NCBI RefSeq assembly: GCF_964204645.1
Contig: NC_134029.1
Location: forward strand, 10,132,850-10,196,849
Origin: Tubulanus polymorphus
Taxonomy: Eukaryota; Animalia; Nemertea
DNA: 64,000 bases
Direction: 5' to 3'
Shown: positions 12,872 through 26,330 of the stretch, in pieces
Layout of the letters: every line of letters starts with the position of its first letter
Numbering within the stretch: the stretch's first letter is position 1
Position numbers and translations under genes: made by a program
The notes under the pieces: model-generated
What the model was told of the DNA's origin: nothing
Database searches by the model: none
Seen by the model: only the letters and a program-made list of their open reading frames with translations

Positions 12872-13399
12872 TAGGACTCCCAGAGAGTCTCTGATCTGAG
12901 CAGTCTTGACGAGTAGTGTATTTTGGCCATGATAATTGCCCGTCGTTTGTTTGATAAGCTGGGATAAAACTGATAGCCATGCTGTAGGCCCTCTAGCCTA
13001 TGTAGAAATTTCAAATTCAAACTTAGCCTAATTCAGCATGAAAAACTTTGTTTGCAACTGACACATTTACAGAAAAATCAAGTTAGAAAATAAACAACTA
13101 TAAAATAAGGCATAATAAAATCTAATTACGTGAAGAAAAATTCAGAACTGTGGTGCAAAACTCAGAAATACACATCTATATGCAAGTAATTGATTGCTAT
13201 TAGGTCAATAGCAAACTAAATTGATTGATTTAGCAAGAAAAAACAGAACATTGTGTTGCACACAGGCCATTTTTACAGAGGGGGCAACTGTTTCTTCACT
13301 TGGCGGACGTGTTGTGCATGTTTGTATGTGTGCTGTTTATCGGTGTGACTTGTAGAAATGAGTAGATTTTCTCAGTACTGGTGTGAGTAATAGCAGTGC

Positions 13400-13683
13400 A
13401 TCATCATTAATGCCTCTTCTGTCTCTCACTCCTCTTTACTACTACAAATACTATAGGCTGGTAGTAGCAGCCTGTGTCCGCTATCATTTAGTCAGGCTCG
13501 TGCGCTGTGGTCACTTCACATCGTAGCAGTTGATTCAGCATTTCTGTGTTGTTTAATCTTGAAGTTCGATTCACGTGCTATTTGCTTCAAGAGGGACATT
13601 CTCAATTCTGGCATTTGGTGTTGCATTAGAGATTAGTGTTTACTAGCTTGTGCTTGTTGTTTCTGGTCATTAGAATAGGACAG
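13400..13683 (+). other. Probable non-coding 5' UTR exon of the BTBD1/2-like gene (5' boundary approximate)
   Basis: Consensus donor CAG|GTAAGT at 13683/13684. The next acceptor, gttgtttttcAG at 14151-14152, lies 52 nt upstream of the ATG at 14205. Confidence 0.45.
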
Positions 13684-14204
13684 GTAAGTGAATCATGATT
13701 TGATTGAACAAATTTATAGTCTAAAATATCTATAGTGTAATATGATTAGGAATAGAGATCCTTTTAAGAGCAGCTTTTAAATCCCTTTGAACCCTTGGCT
13801 TTGCCTGAACTAGGATGTTTACCTCACCCAGAGATTTCTCAAGTACTTCTGGCTATTGCATTCACTTCTGTCTCTCATCTATATCCGTTTGTCCGTCGGC
13901 GGAATTCAGTTATTTTGTGAAGTTTTGAAGACACTTCAATGACGATTGTCAGTATCTACTCTAAATACATCTGCAGCCCAAAGACTGGCCCGGTCAGAAT
14001 CAAGATGGCTGACTGGTGGCCATTGTTATTCACCGAAATTACGTTGCATTTTTTATACATTTTTGAAACTTTCAAGGAAATTATTGGAGACGTTTTTATT
14101 AATTACCTATGACCCAAGGCCTAGAATAACTGATTATATGGTTGTTTTTCAGCGGACCTATCCTGATGTCCTGACGGCATTAAGCCCAAGAGAAGACTGA
14201 TCTC

Positions 14205-15379
14205 ATGGAGCATTCTCTACATGAAGGAGTTGAGGAAAACTACCCCCCGGTAGCGGCTAACGGTCTCCAACAAGAACTCCCCGAACCGCCTTTCGAACTG
14301 CTCGAGCCTGAAGCCCTTATCGGTGCGGAGTCAGACAACTCAAACAGCAGCGATCCTAATCCTGTATCACCGTCAAATTTTGTCAATCCAGCCGGTGCTA
14401 ATGCCAGTCTAGTTGTAGTTCATGAAGACCTAGCAATACCGTTAGTGCAACTGGGTGAAGAAGCGAACGAGATTCCGTATAACTGGCAGGCTACAAAAAC
14501 AACTGTCAAAGAACGACTCGCATTCATGTTTAATAACGAAATACGAAGCGACGTCCACTTTATCGTGGGCAAGGAACCGAACGCTAGACGAATCCCAGCG
14601 CATAAATTTGTTCTGTCGGTCGGAAGTGCTGTTTTTGACGCTATGTTCAACGGCGGTATGGCGACTGTGTCTCACGAAATCGAATTGACTGATATCGAGC
14701 CATCGGCCTTTTTAGCGTTGTTGAAATTTCTCTATTCCGATGAAGTTCACATCGGGCCCGAGACTGTGATGACGACATTGTACACGGCAAAGAAATATGC
14801 AGTGCCGGCGCTTGAGCGAGCGTGCGTGGACTTCCTCAAAAGCAATCTCAGCCCAGATAATGCATTTATGTTGTTGACACAGGCAAGACTTTTTGATGAA
14901 CCGCAATTAGCTGCGTTATGTTTAGAAACAATAGACAAGAGTACGATGGAAGCTTTGCACGCCGAGGGTTTCACTGAAATTGACTTGAATACACTGTGCG
15001 CTGTGTTAGAGCGTGACACACTAGGTATCCGAGAGTCTAAATTGTTCAGTGCGGTTGTGAGATGGTCGGAAGCTGAATGCCAGAGACAGAATCTGTCGGT
15101 AGACGCTGGAAATCAGCGTTTAGTTCTCGGTGACGCATTGAATCTGATACGCTTTCCTTTAATGAGCGTTGAAGAGTTCGCTGTTGGTCCGGCACAGTCC
15201 GAAATCCTGCGTGATCGCGAAGTCGTTGAACTTTTCTTGTATTTCACGGTGAATCCGAAGCCGCCTGTGAATTTTCTCGATGTGCCACGATGTTGCTTAA
15301 CGGGTAAAGAGCAAGTTGTTTCTCGGTTCTGTCAGATTGAAAGTCGCTGGGGTTATAGTGGTACTAGTGATCGCATCCG
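14205..15379 (+). CDS. BTBD2: BTB/POZ-BACK-PHR domain protein (BTBD1/BTBD2 orthologue, Cullin-3 adaptor family), coding exon 1
   Basis: [114 protein letters not shown] is diagnostic of BTBD1/2. Donor CG|GTAAGT. The symbol is nominal because the gene is co-orthologous to BTBD1 and BTBD2. Confidence 0.93.
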
Positions 15380-15416
15380 GTAAGTTCATCATTGATACTC
15401 ATGCAGCCATAAGTTG

Positions 15417-15800
15417 CTTTTTAGACCACTCGGGACTTCGGTCCCAGCGGGCTATTGCGTTCACTTTTGGTCCATCATTCAATCATTAGTTTGTCCGTAG
15501 ATCGAATTCAGTTATTTTCGCAAGTTTTGAAGACGTTTCAAGTGATTCCTTTGATGTTTGGTTTGTACATGTATCTACCCGAGATGCACCATCAGAGCAA
15601 AAACTAGCCCCATCAGAATCAAGATAGACAACTGGCAGCTATTGATATTTGCCAAAATCAGTATTTTGCACATTTTTAGCCCACTTAGACTCAAGTCCTA
15701 CCGGGCTATTACGTTCTTGCCATCTGTTCATAGACAAAATCCAGTTATTTTGGGAATTTTCTTGATGGATTTTCTTGATTGGTATAGTTTAGATCTATGA
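15417..15800 (+). mobile_element. Two tandem HINE-like repeat units in BTBD intron 1
   Basis: TTTTTAGACCACTCGGGACTTCGGTCCCAGCGGGCTATTGCGTTCAC at 15417 and TTTTTAGCCCACTTAGACTCAAGTCC at ~15672. Both share the core ...AATTCAGTTATTTT...ATCAGAATCAAGAT with the copies at 13.8 kb and 22 kb. Confidence 0.6.
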
Positions 15801-17225
15801 AATATCAGATGGGTTTTTTTATCAGTCCAACTGGTTTTAACTGAGGTATTGTCTTAATATTTGTTAAATGTTAGCATTGGCATAGGACCCATCTCCATAC
15901 TTGGAATTGTGGTAACCAGTTTTTTCTTCTCCCCTGGGAGTTGGATTCATGTATTGTTTTATTTACAATTTTCAGGCCAGCCATAGGCTGAGCCTATTGC
16001 TATAACCACAGAGAAAGTGAATTTAAATGCTACGGTTTCCAGATAAAAGACTTCTTCACTGGGCATTCTCCAATATCTAGGAAGCTGAATTTTGATATAA
16101 AGGGCTTGTTTAAATTTACTGGGGGGCTTTACGCGAAATTCTGAACAAAAAAATTTTATTAGTTATTTTAAAAGTTTATTGGATGGCAACCCTCGAATTT
16201 GAATTCCGATTTCAAAATCAAATTATGATCAATTGTTTAACTTACAGTCCTGTTTGTTTGTTAATTCCTCTAAGTTAGGCCTACACCTTTATTCATTTTA
16301 GTATAGTTACAATTTTTTGATGCCATGGGCAGCTCTAGCTCGTTCATTTTACACAAACTCAGTTCAGGAGCGAATTTAGAAAACTTCAACAGTATGTACG
16401 ATGTAACAGTGATATTCTGACTGCAGCACACTTGTATAAATTCATGCTTTTCACGTGTTTATGTAGAATTGGGGGAAATTTTCTTTTGACATGAAACGTT
16501 TGATGCCGTATTGTATGTAGGCCTATGTTTTGCTTAGATTTCATAAGGTTATGTATCTTTAAGTAAGATGATATAACGTAAAGATAAGCATACAAACTAC
16601 ACAGTAACAATTAGACAAATAAGTTCTATCCAGCCTTTACTAGTACTGCGAGCAATGGAAGATTTCAATTACATTTCTGTCAAAAGTAGATCTTTTCCTG
16701 AGTAATAGGCCTATACCTTTGCTCACATTCATCTCTCAACTCAAAGAGTTGAGTTGTCTTTAAATGTGAGTTGAATCAATCCAGTTAGAAATGAGTTATT
16801 CACTTCAGAGTCAAATCATAAACTCCCACAGTAATGGTCCTTGGTCCTTGTCGGTTTAAATGCTAGTTGAAGACAGTGGGTCTAGGTCAATAGGGGAAAA
16901 TTTGAAACCAACACTTGAAAGAGTCAAATGACAACCGTTGGTTGAGAGTCAACTTTGAGCTATAGGAATCCATTAGGCCTATGGTATTTTATTATATGTG
17001 CTTACTATATGTGCTTACTTTGGAACATTTCTGGGATATTATTAAGACAATATAGACAAGTCAATTAGTAATTTCTTTCACTATGCCTTTGTGTATTCTG
17101 AATTCATAAAGCTCATATTGCAAAGAGTTAATAATGACAATTTCTGTGTTCACATCAGAACTCAAACTGAATATCGAAGAGACATCAAATTGTGCTGAGT
17201 TTATCATGAATGATTAATGTTTTAG

Positions 17226-17313
17226 GTTTATGGTCAATCGACGGATTTTTGTCGTTGGTTTTGGTTTATATGGCAGTATACACGGCCCTTCAGAATACTC
17301 AGTAAACATCCAG
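17226..17313 (+). CDS. BTBD2: BTBD1/2-like coding exon 2 (PHR domain)
   Basis: tttAG|G TTT ATG... = [30 protein letters not shown]. Donor CAG|GTAGGT, phase matches. Confidence 0.92.
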
Positions 17314-18969
17314 GTAGGTCGGCTTTAAACTGGTTAGAAAGAAACCGTTGATACATTTAGTAGCGACTTTCTGTGGTCAAATACACAGTTTCATTTAAAC
17401 CTTGTGAGGACCAGGTTGCTTTGATTTCTGTACGCCCTATATGAACGTGAAGTCATATGTCACCCGCTGTCCTATCTCGACTGTCTGTTTGTTATGCATA
17501 TAGGATAAGCTATTAGAACTCACAACCCAGCCTTAAAATTTACAACCCAGCGGGCTATTGCATTCACTTTTGGTCGGCCCGTTTTTCTGGTCCGTTCTTG
17601 GATGGAGACAGGTTTTTTTTTAGGAAAATATCAACAGGTTTTTATGGCATAGTCCTGTAGCCCTGACAGTTAATGATTGTTAGGATTGTCATTGGACACA
17701 TCTCTTCACATAGAATTGAGGTTACCAAGGTTTGTGTTCATTTATATTGATAGCGTACTGCACCTATGCATATTTCTTAACCATTATAAGTTGCAAAATG
17801 GTAGCTTATAAATCAGTTGCAGTGCGTATGATAATGGTGAGCTTGAAGGTCAATTAACATTGACAAAAGTGCACCAATCCGTCTAAACACATATTTCCCG
17901 CTGTATGGAAAAATTAGGGCACAATAAAGTGCGGTTTCAAGCATGAGACGTCTCAAGTTGTTTGATGTTCAAATACCAAATTAGTTGAATTGATTTTAGC
18001 CCACTTGGCCAAAGGCCATTCGGGCTTATACTGTACCCCTCGGTTTTAGTGGTGGTCTGGCGTTCGTGCATCGTGTTTCTTGTGAACTCTCTACAGGCTA
18101 CAATTTTTGACCAATTTGTCTTCAAATTCGGTTATATTGTAAATGACCAAAAAATTGCTGGCGAGTTCGATATTTGTGGTATTCATTCTGACATTATACG
18201 TTTTGGTCATTAAGTCAAAAAGATTTTCTAGATAAAGATAGATATTTCATGTGTCAACTGGCATGACCTATCACATGACCAAACTAGGTCACGATGTTAT
18301 CCATGATGCCCGACTTTGGATTCTGAAATTATTCATTTTGGTCATTAACTCAAGCAGTTTTCCAGATTTAGAAAAAAGTGCCGCTAAAATACAACTTGAG
18401 ACAGGTTCTATTCAAATTCATTCCATTGCTGTTGTTTTTAATGGGCTCAATTTGATACAGCAGCACATAAACAGTCATCAATATCCACTGAATTTTTTCT
18501 TCCCAGTCAGTCTAGCTAATGATGCCATTTTCAAAAAGGTAGGTTTAATGAAAGATATAATACATTTAAAAAGGGTTAGCTGCGTTTTTGCGGTGAAACC
18601 ACTCGAGTAGATTCATTGATGTTGAATCGCAGCCGATGAGAAGCAATGCATTTCGGCTCCCATTATGCCTTATTCTTCATAACCAGTCAATGAAATGCAC
18701 CGCTCCCGGGGCCGGGAAGCAGAGGATTACTGCTTCCTTTTACTCAATTAGAGGCGATCCAGCGGGTAAAAAATGTTGCACCCAGGTTGTACAAATGGCA
18801 CCTTCGACCTGGCAAAGGATACCGATCTATAGCATCTGCAAGCAATTATCTTTTTACCGAGGTTTCTACAACCATACATTAGTGATGTGATGTGACCGAT
18901 TCAAAAAACGTCTTGTCAACAGCACAGGGCATTACATCATCATTTATTGAAGCCTAAACATTGTATTAA

Positions 18970-19606
18970 CTCTTTCAGTGCCCATGTGTAATTTGAGAAA
19001 AACCCTCAGAGTGCCCATCATTGTTAACTAAAAAGTAGGAAAATCAGAAGTAACTTTGGAGCTTTGGTGAAAACTGAGAGATAGAGCTTTATGGTAATTG
19101 AAAAATTTGTAGGGAAAATTGTGGTGATAATTTTTCTTACTGAAAGTGACGTCTAATGGAAATGAGCTAATTTGCATGAATTGTCGGTGACCTATTTATG
19201 ATATCCCCTAAATTTCAGGTTTGAAAATGAACAAATCGGGTATCAAGCCTCAGCTAACAGCTGACAATGGAATATTATATGTCTACTGTCAGAATTATAA
19301 ATCATATGGGTAATTATAATTAGAAAATGAGATTATAATTAGATCACGTGACCTCCGGATAGGTACCCGCTACTTTCAAATGCAAAAAACTCAAATATTT
19401 TGAACTGCACCACTACAAAAACGCAGCAATATAACGAACTAATGGGCGCTACCATTTAATCAAGCCATCTAGTGGCAGGTTTCTCTGCTGAATTCTATAC
19501 AAAAAACTAAAAATAAAACTGCTATAAGAAATGTCGATGAAAGTCGACAGGGCACTGTATGACCTGAAGTAATCTGTCGATGAAAGTTGACTGGGCACTG
19601 AAAGAG
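18970..19606. mobile_element. piggyBac-type non-autonomous element
   Basis: TTAA|CTCTTTCAGTGCCCA ... TGGGCACTGAAAGAG|TTAA. Perfect 15-bp TIR, TTAA TSD. Confidence 0.85.
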
Positions 19607-19805
19607 TTAACTTGGATAGACAATGATAGTTGGTCTTTCCTATTACTTCGTTATAGCACGCCTCATGGGTGCTGCCATTTTTGTTTGAGCGCATGATTAA
19701 GAGATCCAATTCAATTGGCTAATAGGTTGATCATGGTGTGATTTTGTTGCTGGAGCGGACACTCCGGATTGGACTAGGAAAATATCAAAACATGCTATAT
19801 ATCAG

Positions 19806-19943
19806 TGGCCGGTTCCATAGTCAAGACTTAAGACCAAAAGTGGTCTTAAATCTTGAGACTGGTCTTAAGTTATTAGATTGGCTATAGAACTAAGTTGGTC
19901 TTAGAATGGTCTTAAGTCTAAGCCCTCACTATGGAACTGGCCC
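19806..19943. mobile_element. PIF/Harbinger-type MITE
   Basis: CAG|TGGCCGGTTCCATAGT ... ACTATGGAACTGGCCC|CAG. 3-bp TSD, internal GGTCTTAAG repeats. Confidence 0.7.
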
Positions 19944-21955
19944 CAGCAATTTTGGACTCGATGATCATAATCGCGCCAGTTGGACGCACTAAGCGAGTAT
20001 GTCATCGGCTTAAAATATACGCATTTGTCGATTTCATTTGCTGAAGTACATATTGTACAATTTTTCTAGTTAACAGATTATTCTGAAGTTATACTGTTAT
20101 ATGGAGCCTGTAGTGATAAACGTATATCTTAGAGTTATATGAATATTCACATCACAGATTTTTTATTTCCTAGCCTAATTGGCTAATTTATAAGTAAAAA
20201 GAGAGAAGGCACCAAGAGAAGGTGATAATACAACATTTCTGATAAATTCGATTAAGAGATAATAAACTTATCCCATTGCTGTAGATACATATTAAAAATA
20301 AACTTATCTTCAGTGTGTGCTTCTAGAATTACAGCAATTTACTATTGTTGTTATATCTTGGAGGTTCTACATATTATCTCGTTTCGATATTCGTTCTGTT
20401 TTCTGTCTAGCACTGAGCAAAAATTATATGGATCTGCCGTAGACCGGATGGTTTTTTCTTTGCTTCATAATGAAACCTAGCCATGATTAAAGAGTTCTCG
20501 TGGCTATAGTACCACCGTGTTGTGTTCGTGGCTCTAGGCCAGTTTACTCTTGTCAGAACTATTGCGTATGGTCGTAGGGCGCACTCGCTCATCTACCTTC
20601 CTCGCTTTACCTTGGCTTTGAAATTACTTTTGAATAAATTTTATCAGTACAATTCAAATTTAGTTTGAAATTTGGATTTTAAGATACGAATTTGAAAGTT
20701 TTTGACGAGATACTAATGACACAAAAGTGCCACAAAGTACGTCGCTCAGCAAATCATCAATATTCACAGTCATTGACAAACTTAGTCAAGTCAAAAGGTC
20801 AGGTGAATGTGTCATTAGGCACTTAATAATTGTGTTAAGCCTGATTATAGTCAGATAGGCCTGTGGCTTTGGGAAAATATCCTATCGTGAAACTATTCAA
20901 ACTTGCGATTCAGTCCTGTAACAGCTGTTGCGGCTTTACCTTTGTCTAAACTGGACTGGTTTAGTTTTGTCAGTCACTCGGGTCCTAGACGGAAACATTT
21001 TGTTACTGCTCTTTGACGATGCTAAAACAAATTATTCATCGATTCCTCTCTGAAAATAATCTCTGAAAATACGATTCACTTCTATTAAGCGATTGATAAT
21101 GCTTCAATGCCTGCCGGCCTCTTGTTTAGATACTAGGCACTGCCACAAATAACATAATAGTTTGACGGCAATGATGGCAGCCCACCATAATAACCAAGAT
21201 AACACAAAGCAAATGAAGATCTACTTTTTTCTACTTAAGTATTTTTTGCATAGTTTTATTCGTCTAGCCAAAACGTTTCCAGCTGATTGAAAATTTCAGG
21301 CACATGGGGAGTTCAACAGCGCTTGCAGCAGCTGTGCTTGTGTCTTGATCAGTTACTTGGAAATACACATTTGATGTTAAATTTAACCTGCACCCACAAC
21401 CTGAGTTCTATTTCAGAAACTCAAGGGCTACCTATGTTTATTTTTGTTTGCCTCCCTTGCAATCTTGCCTGATATTTATGTGTCAGTTACCTGACCCTAA
21501 CCTGTCTAGAATAGAAATTCTATACCAGGAAGGTGTTTTCTTCAAAACAGGCATTAGTTAGCCCTGGTGTACGGGATATATATTTATATATATATATGTA
21601 TACTTGCAATCCATTGGATTAAACTACAGAAATTATTAATAATAATGGTTTCTCGGTTATGAAGGGGGAAACCTCTTCCCAACATTTATTTGCATCAGAA
21701 TGTACGGGTTGCCCTGAGCTCTTTGTTGTACTTACTCACTATAGCCGGGGACACACAAGATTATCTTGTTGGCAACTCTCAATTTTTGTCAGTCCGCCAA
21801 TTTCAAAATAATAATGATTTTTGGAAATACCAAAAAACACTTAAACAGGGTTATGATTTTGAATTATTTATAAGTATATACTAGTTCAGGGCATGGTCCC
21901 ATAGGTTGCTGTTGAAGGAAATTGTGATGATATCAGGGGGTCACTTTTTGTCACA

Positions 21956-22205
21956 TTTTTAGCCCACTTGTGGCTTAAGTCCCAGCTGGCTAAGTGTGTT
22001 CGCTTTCTGTCTGTTCGTTTGTTCGTCCGTAGACGGAATCCAGTTATTTTGGGAAGTTTTGAAGATGCTTCTATGGATTGTCTTGATCTATGGTTTATAC
22101 ACGTATCTACTGTAAATACATCTAACCAAAAACCGATCCAATCAGAATCAATATGGCTGACAGGCAGCCTTTGTTGTTCACCAAAATCAGCACGTGTTAC
22201 ACATT
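21956..22205 (+). mobile_element. HINE-like repeat copy in BTBD intron 2
   Basis: TTTTTAGCCCACTTGTGGCTTAAGTCCCAGCTGGCT...GTTCGTCCGTAGACGGAATCCAGTTATTTTGGGAAGTTTTGAAGA...ATCAGAATCAATATGGCTGAC, homologous to 13850-14040 and 15417-15670. Confidence 0.6.
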
Positions 22206-22636
22206 TTTAGGATCAACTGTGTTGATCCTTATAGAATGGTTCTGAGAGTAACTTTCTGTTAGCTCTTGGTGGCACAAATTGTAACCACTGGATATAAACA
22301 GCTGATATTTTGTCATATGGAGGGAAATAGGTGGTGGAATTGAATATGGCAAGTTTCGTCCATCAGCTCTAAGCCATTTAGATGTGCTGGGAGAAAATGT
22401 GCAAAATTTCAATGAAATTTTCCCCCATTCTACTTATCGATGCTTGACCTAGTTTCATGACATCATAGAGAAAGCCCTTGACAAGGTCATCACTTGGAAA
22501 TCCCTCTAGAAGGGCTTTCCCAGTGACATTATTATCAAGAATTGTTCTCTACCCATTACCCAAAAAAACCCATTACTATGTACATCATCAAAATTGAACA
22601 TGCTTGCTAATAACCTCAGTACTATCTTTTCCTTAA

Positions 22637-23638
22637 AGGGGTCATGAAGAGGTTTTTAATTAAGATATGGCAAAAAGTATCTTTTATCATCAATTATAAC
22701 CTATTTATTGATTTAGTGGTCAAGAAATTAATTTTTAACTCTTCAATTAGTGTAAAAACAAGACTTTTGATCGGCCGCCCTGATTCCTTCCCAACCCGGA
22801 AGTGTGACGTCATTCTGAGCAGCGAGCATTCATCATCATTTAAGTCATTCCCTCTTTGTAAAAAACCATGCAGAGGGGATGACTGATATAGGCATCGCAG
22901 ATATTTCTGTGGGTAGATATTTTTATCCAGTACTGGACCATAAAAGCGTCCTGAAACCGTAAACTTGTTTGTGAATCCCAGCCCAGCCTGCGCCATCCCG
23001 GCCGTGTAAATGGTAATGTGTGCTGCATATATACAGTCAGTATGTTGTACACACTACAGTGATGTGGGTCACTGGGGAAAACCAGTACTACATGCAGTGG
23101 AAAGCGCGTATCTCTTACTACATATTTAATTCGCAAAAATAGCATCTCTTGGCAGAAAAGAAGGCACTCAGATAATAAAAACATAAGTTTTGTGTATCCA
23201 AGTTTATGTGTGCTGTATATTTGCGAGAATCCTTCTCTAAAGTGTGAAGCTAGTTTACACTTAGGCAGGGTGTTTTTGCTCTTACGGTCCATCATCTTAG
23301 GGCCAAATCTTTGGTTTTGGCCACCAAAATTTGTCGCTGCCTTTATGGGATCAGTTCAATCCAAAGACGGTAAAATTAGCGCGATATTCAACGAAAATGA
23401 GCATTGTATGATAACGCTTCTGAGTGTGCTGCAGGCGATGTGTTCTCAGAATGACGTCATCAACATCAACGCGCAAACGCAAGCGTCCTGTTGCTAGGGC
23501 CTTTGCTACGGGCTTTTCTCGAGTTTGGATAAAGATATTTAAAAAAATTTTCACGAGACTACTATAGATGCATACAGTGAAGGTTTTATACAAAAAAATT
23601 AGATTTAAAGATTTTTTCAAAACCTCTTCATGACCCCT
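22637..23638. mobile_element. Kolobok-type non-autonomous DNA transposon (1002 bp)
   Basis: TTAA|AGGGGTCATGAAGAGGTTTT ... AAAACCTCTTCATGACCCCT|TTAA. Perfect 20-bp TIR, TTAA TSD, 5'-RR terminus typical of Kolobok. Confidence 0.85.
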
Positions 23639-24048
23639 TTAAGACCCTGCCCTTCTTCATAAGTGACATTCACATGAGATCTTGATTCAGTAAGAACCAT
23701 ACGTGTGTGGTGCCAAATTTTTCAGAATGCTGCGCTTACATGCGATTCAGCACTAGTAAACCGGGTTCAGTCATGTCGATGTGGGGAGTGTTTACACGAT
23801 GGTGTTTTCGTGCTATCTCCGTTTTCCTCAAACAATGCAACTACTACTGCTTATATATCTTCATTTTTTATAGCTTTTTATGTTAAAATAGGAGTCAAAA
23901 GTGATCAAAACTTTGACCTATTAATTAACCTACAAATTTCCCCCATGCTGTTAAGTGTAACATACTACAATATGCTACAGCGAATAGATTGTGTCCACAC
24001 TTCGAAAACAGCTTCATTTTCACTGGTTCTCTTTTTTCATTATTACAG

Positions 24049-24195
24049 ATTATAGATTTTGACACAGGGAAGGATTGTGGCCAGAATGACGTCACATTCC
24101 AATGTGATGGCTCTAATTCAACATTTCGAGTATGCTTTAAGGAACCAATGGAAATACAACCGAATAGGAGCTATTTGGCATGTGCTACTTTAAAG
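24049..24195 (+). CDS. BTBD2: BTBD1/2-like coding exon 3 (PHR domain)
   Basis: ttacAG|ATT: IIDFDTGKDCGQNDVTFQCDGSNSTFRVCFKEPMEIQPNRSYLACATLK. Donor AAG|GTAAAT. Confidence 0.92.
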
Positions 24196-25495
24196 GTAAA
24201 TGTGTATAGATATATGATAAGTATTCATAAAATATGTACAAATGAGCATGATGCTGCACACCCCTCTCAAAGAATAGAATATGTATCTCATTACAAATTC
24301 TTTCCTCAAGCAAAATGTACTTCACCTGTTAAGCAAACCTGCCAAAACATTCTGTTTTTCCCGGAATGGTTACGTAAATGAAAGTGAAATTACGGTGTTA
24401 CGTTTTTCCAGAAATGTTACGTATTTCATATAGATTCAAAATCCAGGATATTTTTTTCCATAGCATTTATGTAGATATCTTTTATTACACGAATAATAGT
24501 CGTCATATTGTTCATTTACCTGCTTTTTCGGTAAATCACGCCAGAATAAATTTTCAACGATCTTTGGCGGAGCACTGACTGCTTTGTGACACGCAATTAT
24601 GAAGTTCTGTCATCTACTGCCATCTATGTTGAATCAAAAATGGCGTCTGGTGAGGATAATAAGCCTTTTTACAGTTTCCAGGCGCCATTTTTTTGGGTAC
24701 CCGCCGGGTCCGCATTGTTGAATTTTTTGTCCCTATTTTTTCCCCGTTTAATATTTCTATTTCCTTCATATCTCTGGATTGGACAAAGATAGAAACAAGG
24801 TGAAAATATCGATGAACTCGGCTGATAATAAAATTTTTTATGATATCACTCATTTGTTAAGTTAATGCAACAATGCGCACTGGTGAAGTTATAAACATTG
24901 ATATCGTCTTCCCGATAATTCAACTTGAATTATTGCTCATCTCATTCAAAAGTTCGTAATTCTTACAAATTTTAATCTACATTTTTGAAGTTTTCAGGAT
25001 CAATAGCCATCTATATGTGGTCCTATATACCTTTTACCGTTTTCAATTATCCGTATTAGTTTTTAAGTAGTTGCGAGCCAAACTTCCAAAACAAGTTTTC
25101 CCCGGTCCCCTGCGTGCATCTATATATCAGGAAATTTCACAATTTCACCGGTCCCTACTTTGTTGAAAATCAATTTTTTAAGTAACCAGGGAAATAAGGG
25201 CTCCTAGGTTTTTGAAAAATCGTAATTAAAGATATATATTCTTTAGGATTTGTCAAAATAAACGAAATAACCCAGGTGTTGCTTTAACCAGCTATCTAGG
25301 TTCACAACAGAAATTATCATTTTGTCCAGTGTTTCATTCGATTCCAAAACTGCAAGTACGGGTATACGATTGCAAATGTGAAAGTCAGACATTATGTGGC
25401 ACATGTATGAGAACCACAGTCTCAATGCTGCGTCGTATTGCCGTCGCAATTTTACATGGCTACTTACTTGAAGTGGGCTAATACAGACCTTGAAT

Positions 25496-26330
25496 CAGAG
25501 ATGCTAGTTTTCCGGAAATATCCGGAAATTTAGGATCGCCGATGTCAATTCCGGAAATTTGGTGAGAATTCCTCGCGGCGACCAGTAATGGCACGGACCG
25601 TAAAAGCGTTCGTTTGTATGTACTCGTCGTCGCTTCTGTGTTATTTTATCTTGGTCTCTGTCCGAGGACGTTCTGCTACAATGTATATATGTGTGCTTGT
25701 TGTGGTATCTGTGCGTGCGTAGGCGGAGTGCCACTGTTGTGACGCCATTTCCAATTAAAAGTCAATTATCTTTACGCGCCGTTGTACATCGTCCCGCTGA
25801 CGGCCAACAATGTGAAGATGCACGTGGTAATGATTGAGATAATATTTAATAAATATCATCTTAATTATTACCACGCGCGTGCTATGTCCTTAGGCACGCA
25901 GCTTTGTAACTTTCTTTTTGCGGGACGGTCTGCAAAATGAGCACGCACGGAAAGATTGTCAGTCGGGAGTCGGCCGATATAAAGGCAATTGACAGCGGTA
26001 TAAAAAATAAATTTAACTGGCAATGGCTAGAGTGTAAGGACAGTAACGGGGACTACTTATCGAACTACATTCGTAAGATAGACTTAGCTGGCGTGGGGTA
26101 CTGCGTCGTTTGTAAAGACCAGGTCAAATACGGTAGTGGCGGGAAAAAAGATATTCTTCGTCACCCGGATAGCGCGCGGCATAAGAAGGCAGCGAGGGAT
26201 GTGAAGCACAACGAATGCCTGCCGTCGTATTTTCAGATGAAAGATGCCGATCGTGATACTGCATCTCTGGCGATGCAAAAACGCCCGTTCTAAATTCCGG
26301 AATTTTGGTACTTTGGCCCTAGCATCTCTG
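25496..26330 (+). mobile_element. Internally deleted hAT-superfamily transposon retaining the transposase N-terminal zinc finger
   Basis: Perfect 12-bp TIR CAGAGATGCTAG / CTAGCATCTCTG, subterminal TTCCGGAA repeats, flanked by TTGAAT on both sides. Confidence 0.8.
25937..26293 (+). pseudogene. Truncated hAT transposase N-terminus (BED/TTF-like zinc finger), 118 aa
   Basis: FNWQWLE...IRKIDLAGVGYCVVCKDQVKYGSGGKKDILRHPDSARHKK (C-x2-C...H-x5-H). The ORF runs straight into the right subterminal region and has no catalytic domain. Confidence 0.7.

Noticed and set aside
22694-23497. ORFs of 100-151 aa inside the Kolobok-type element
   Set aside because: No transposase, THAP or KolX motif recognised; treated as chance ORFs in a non-autonomous element.
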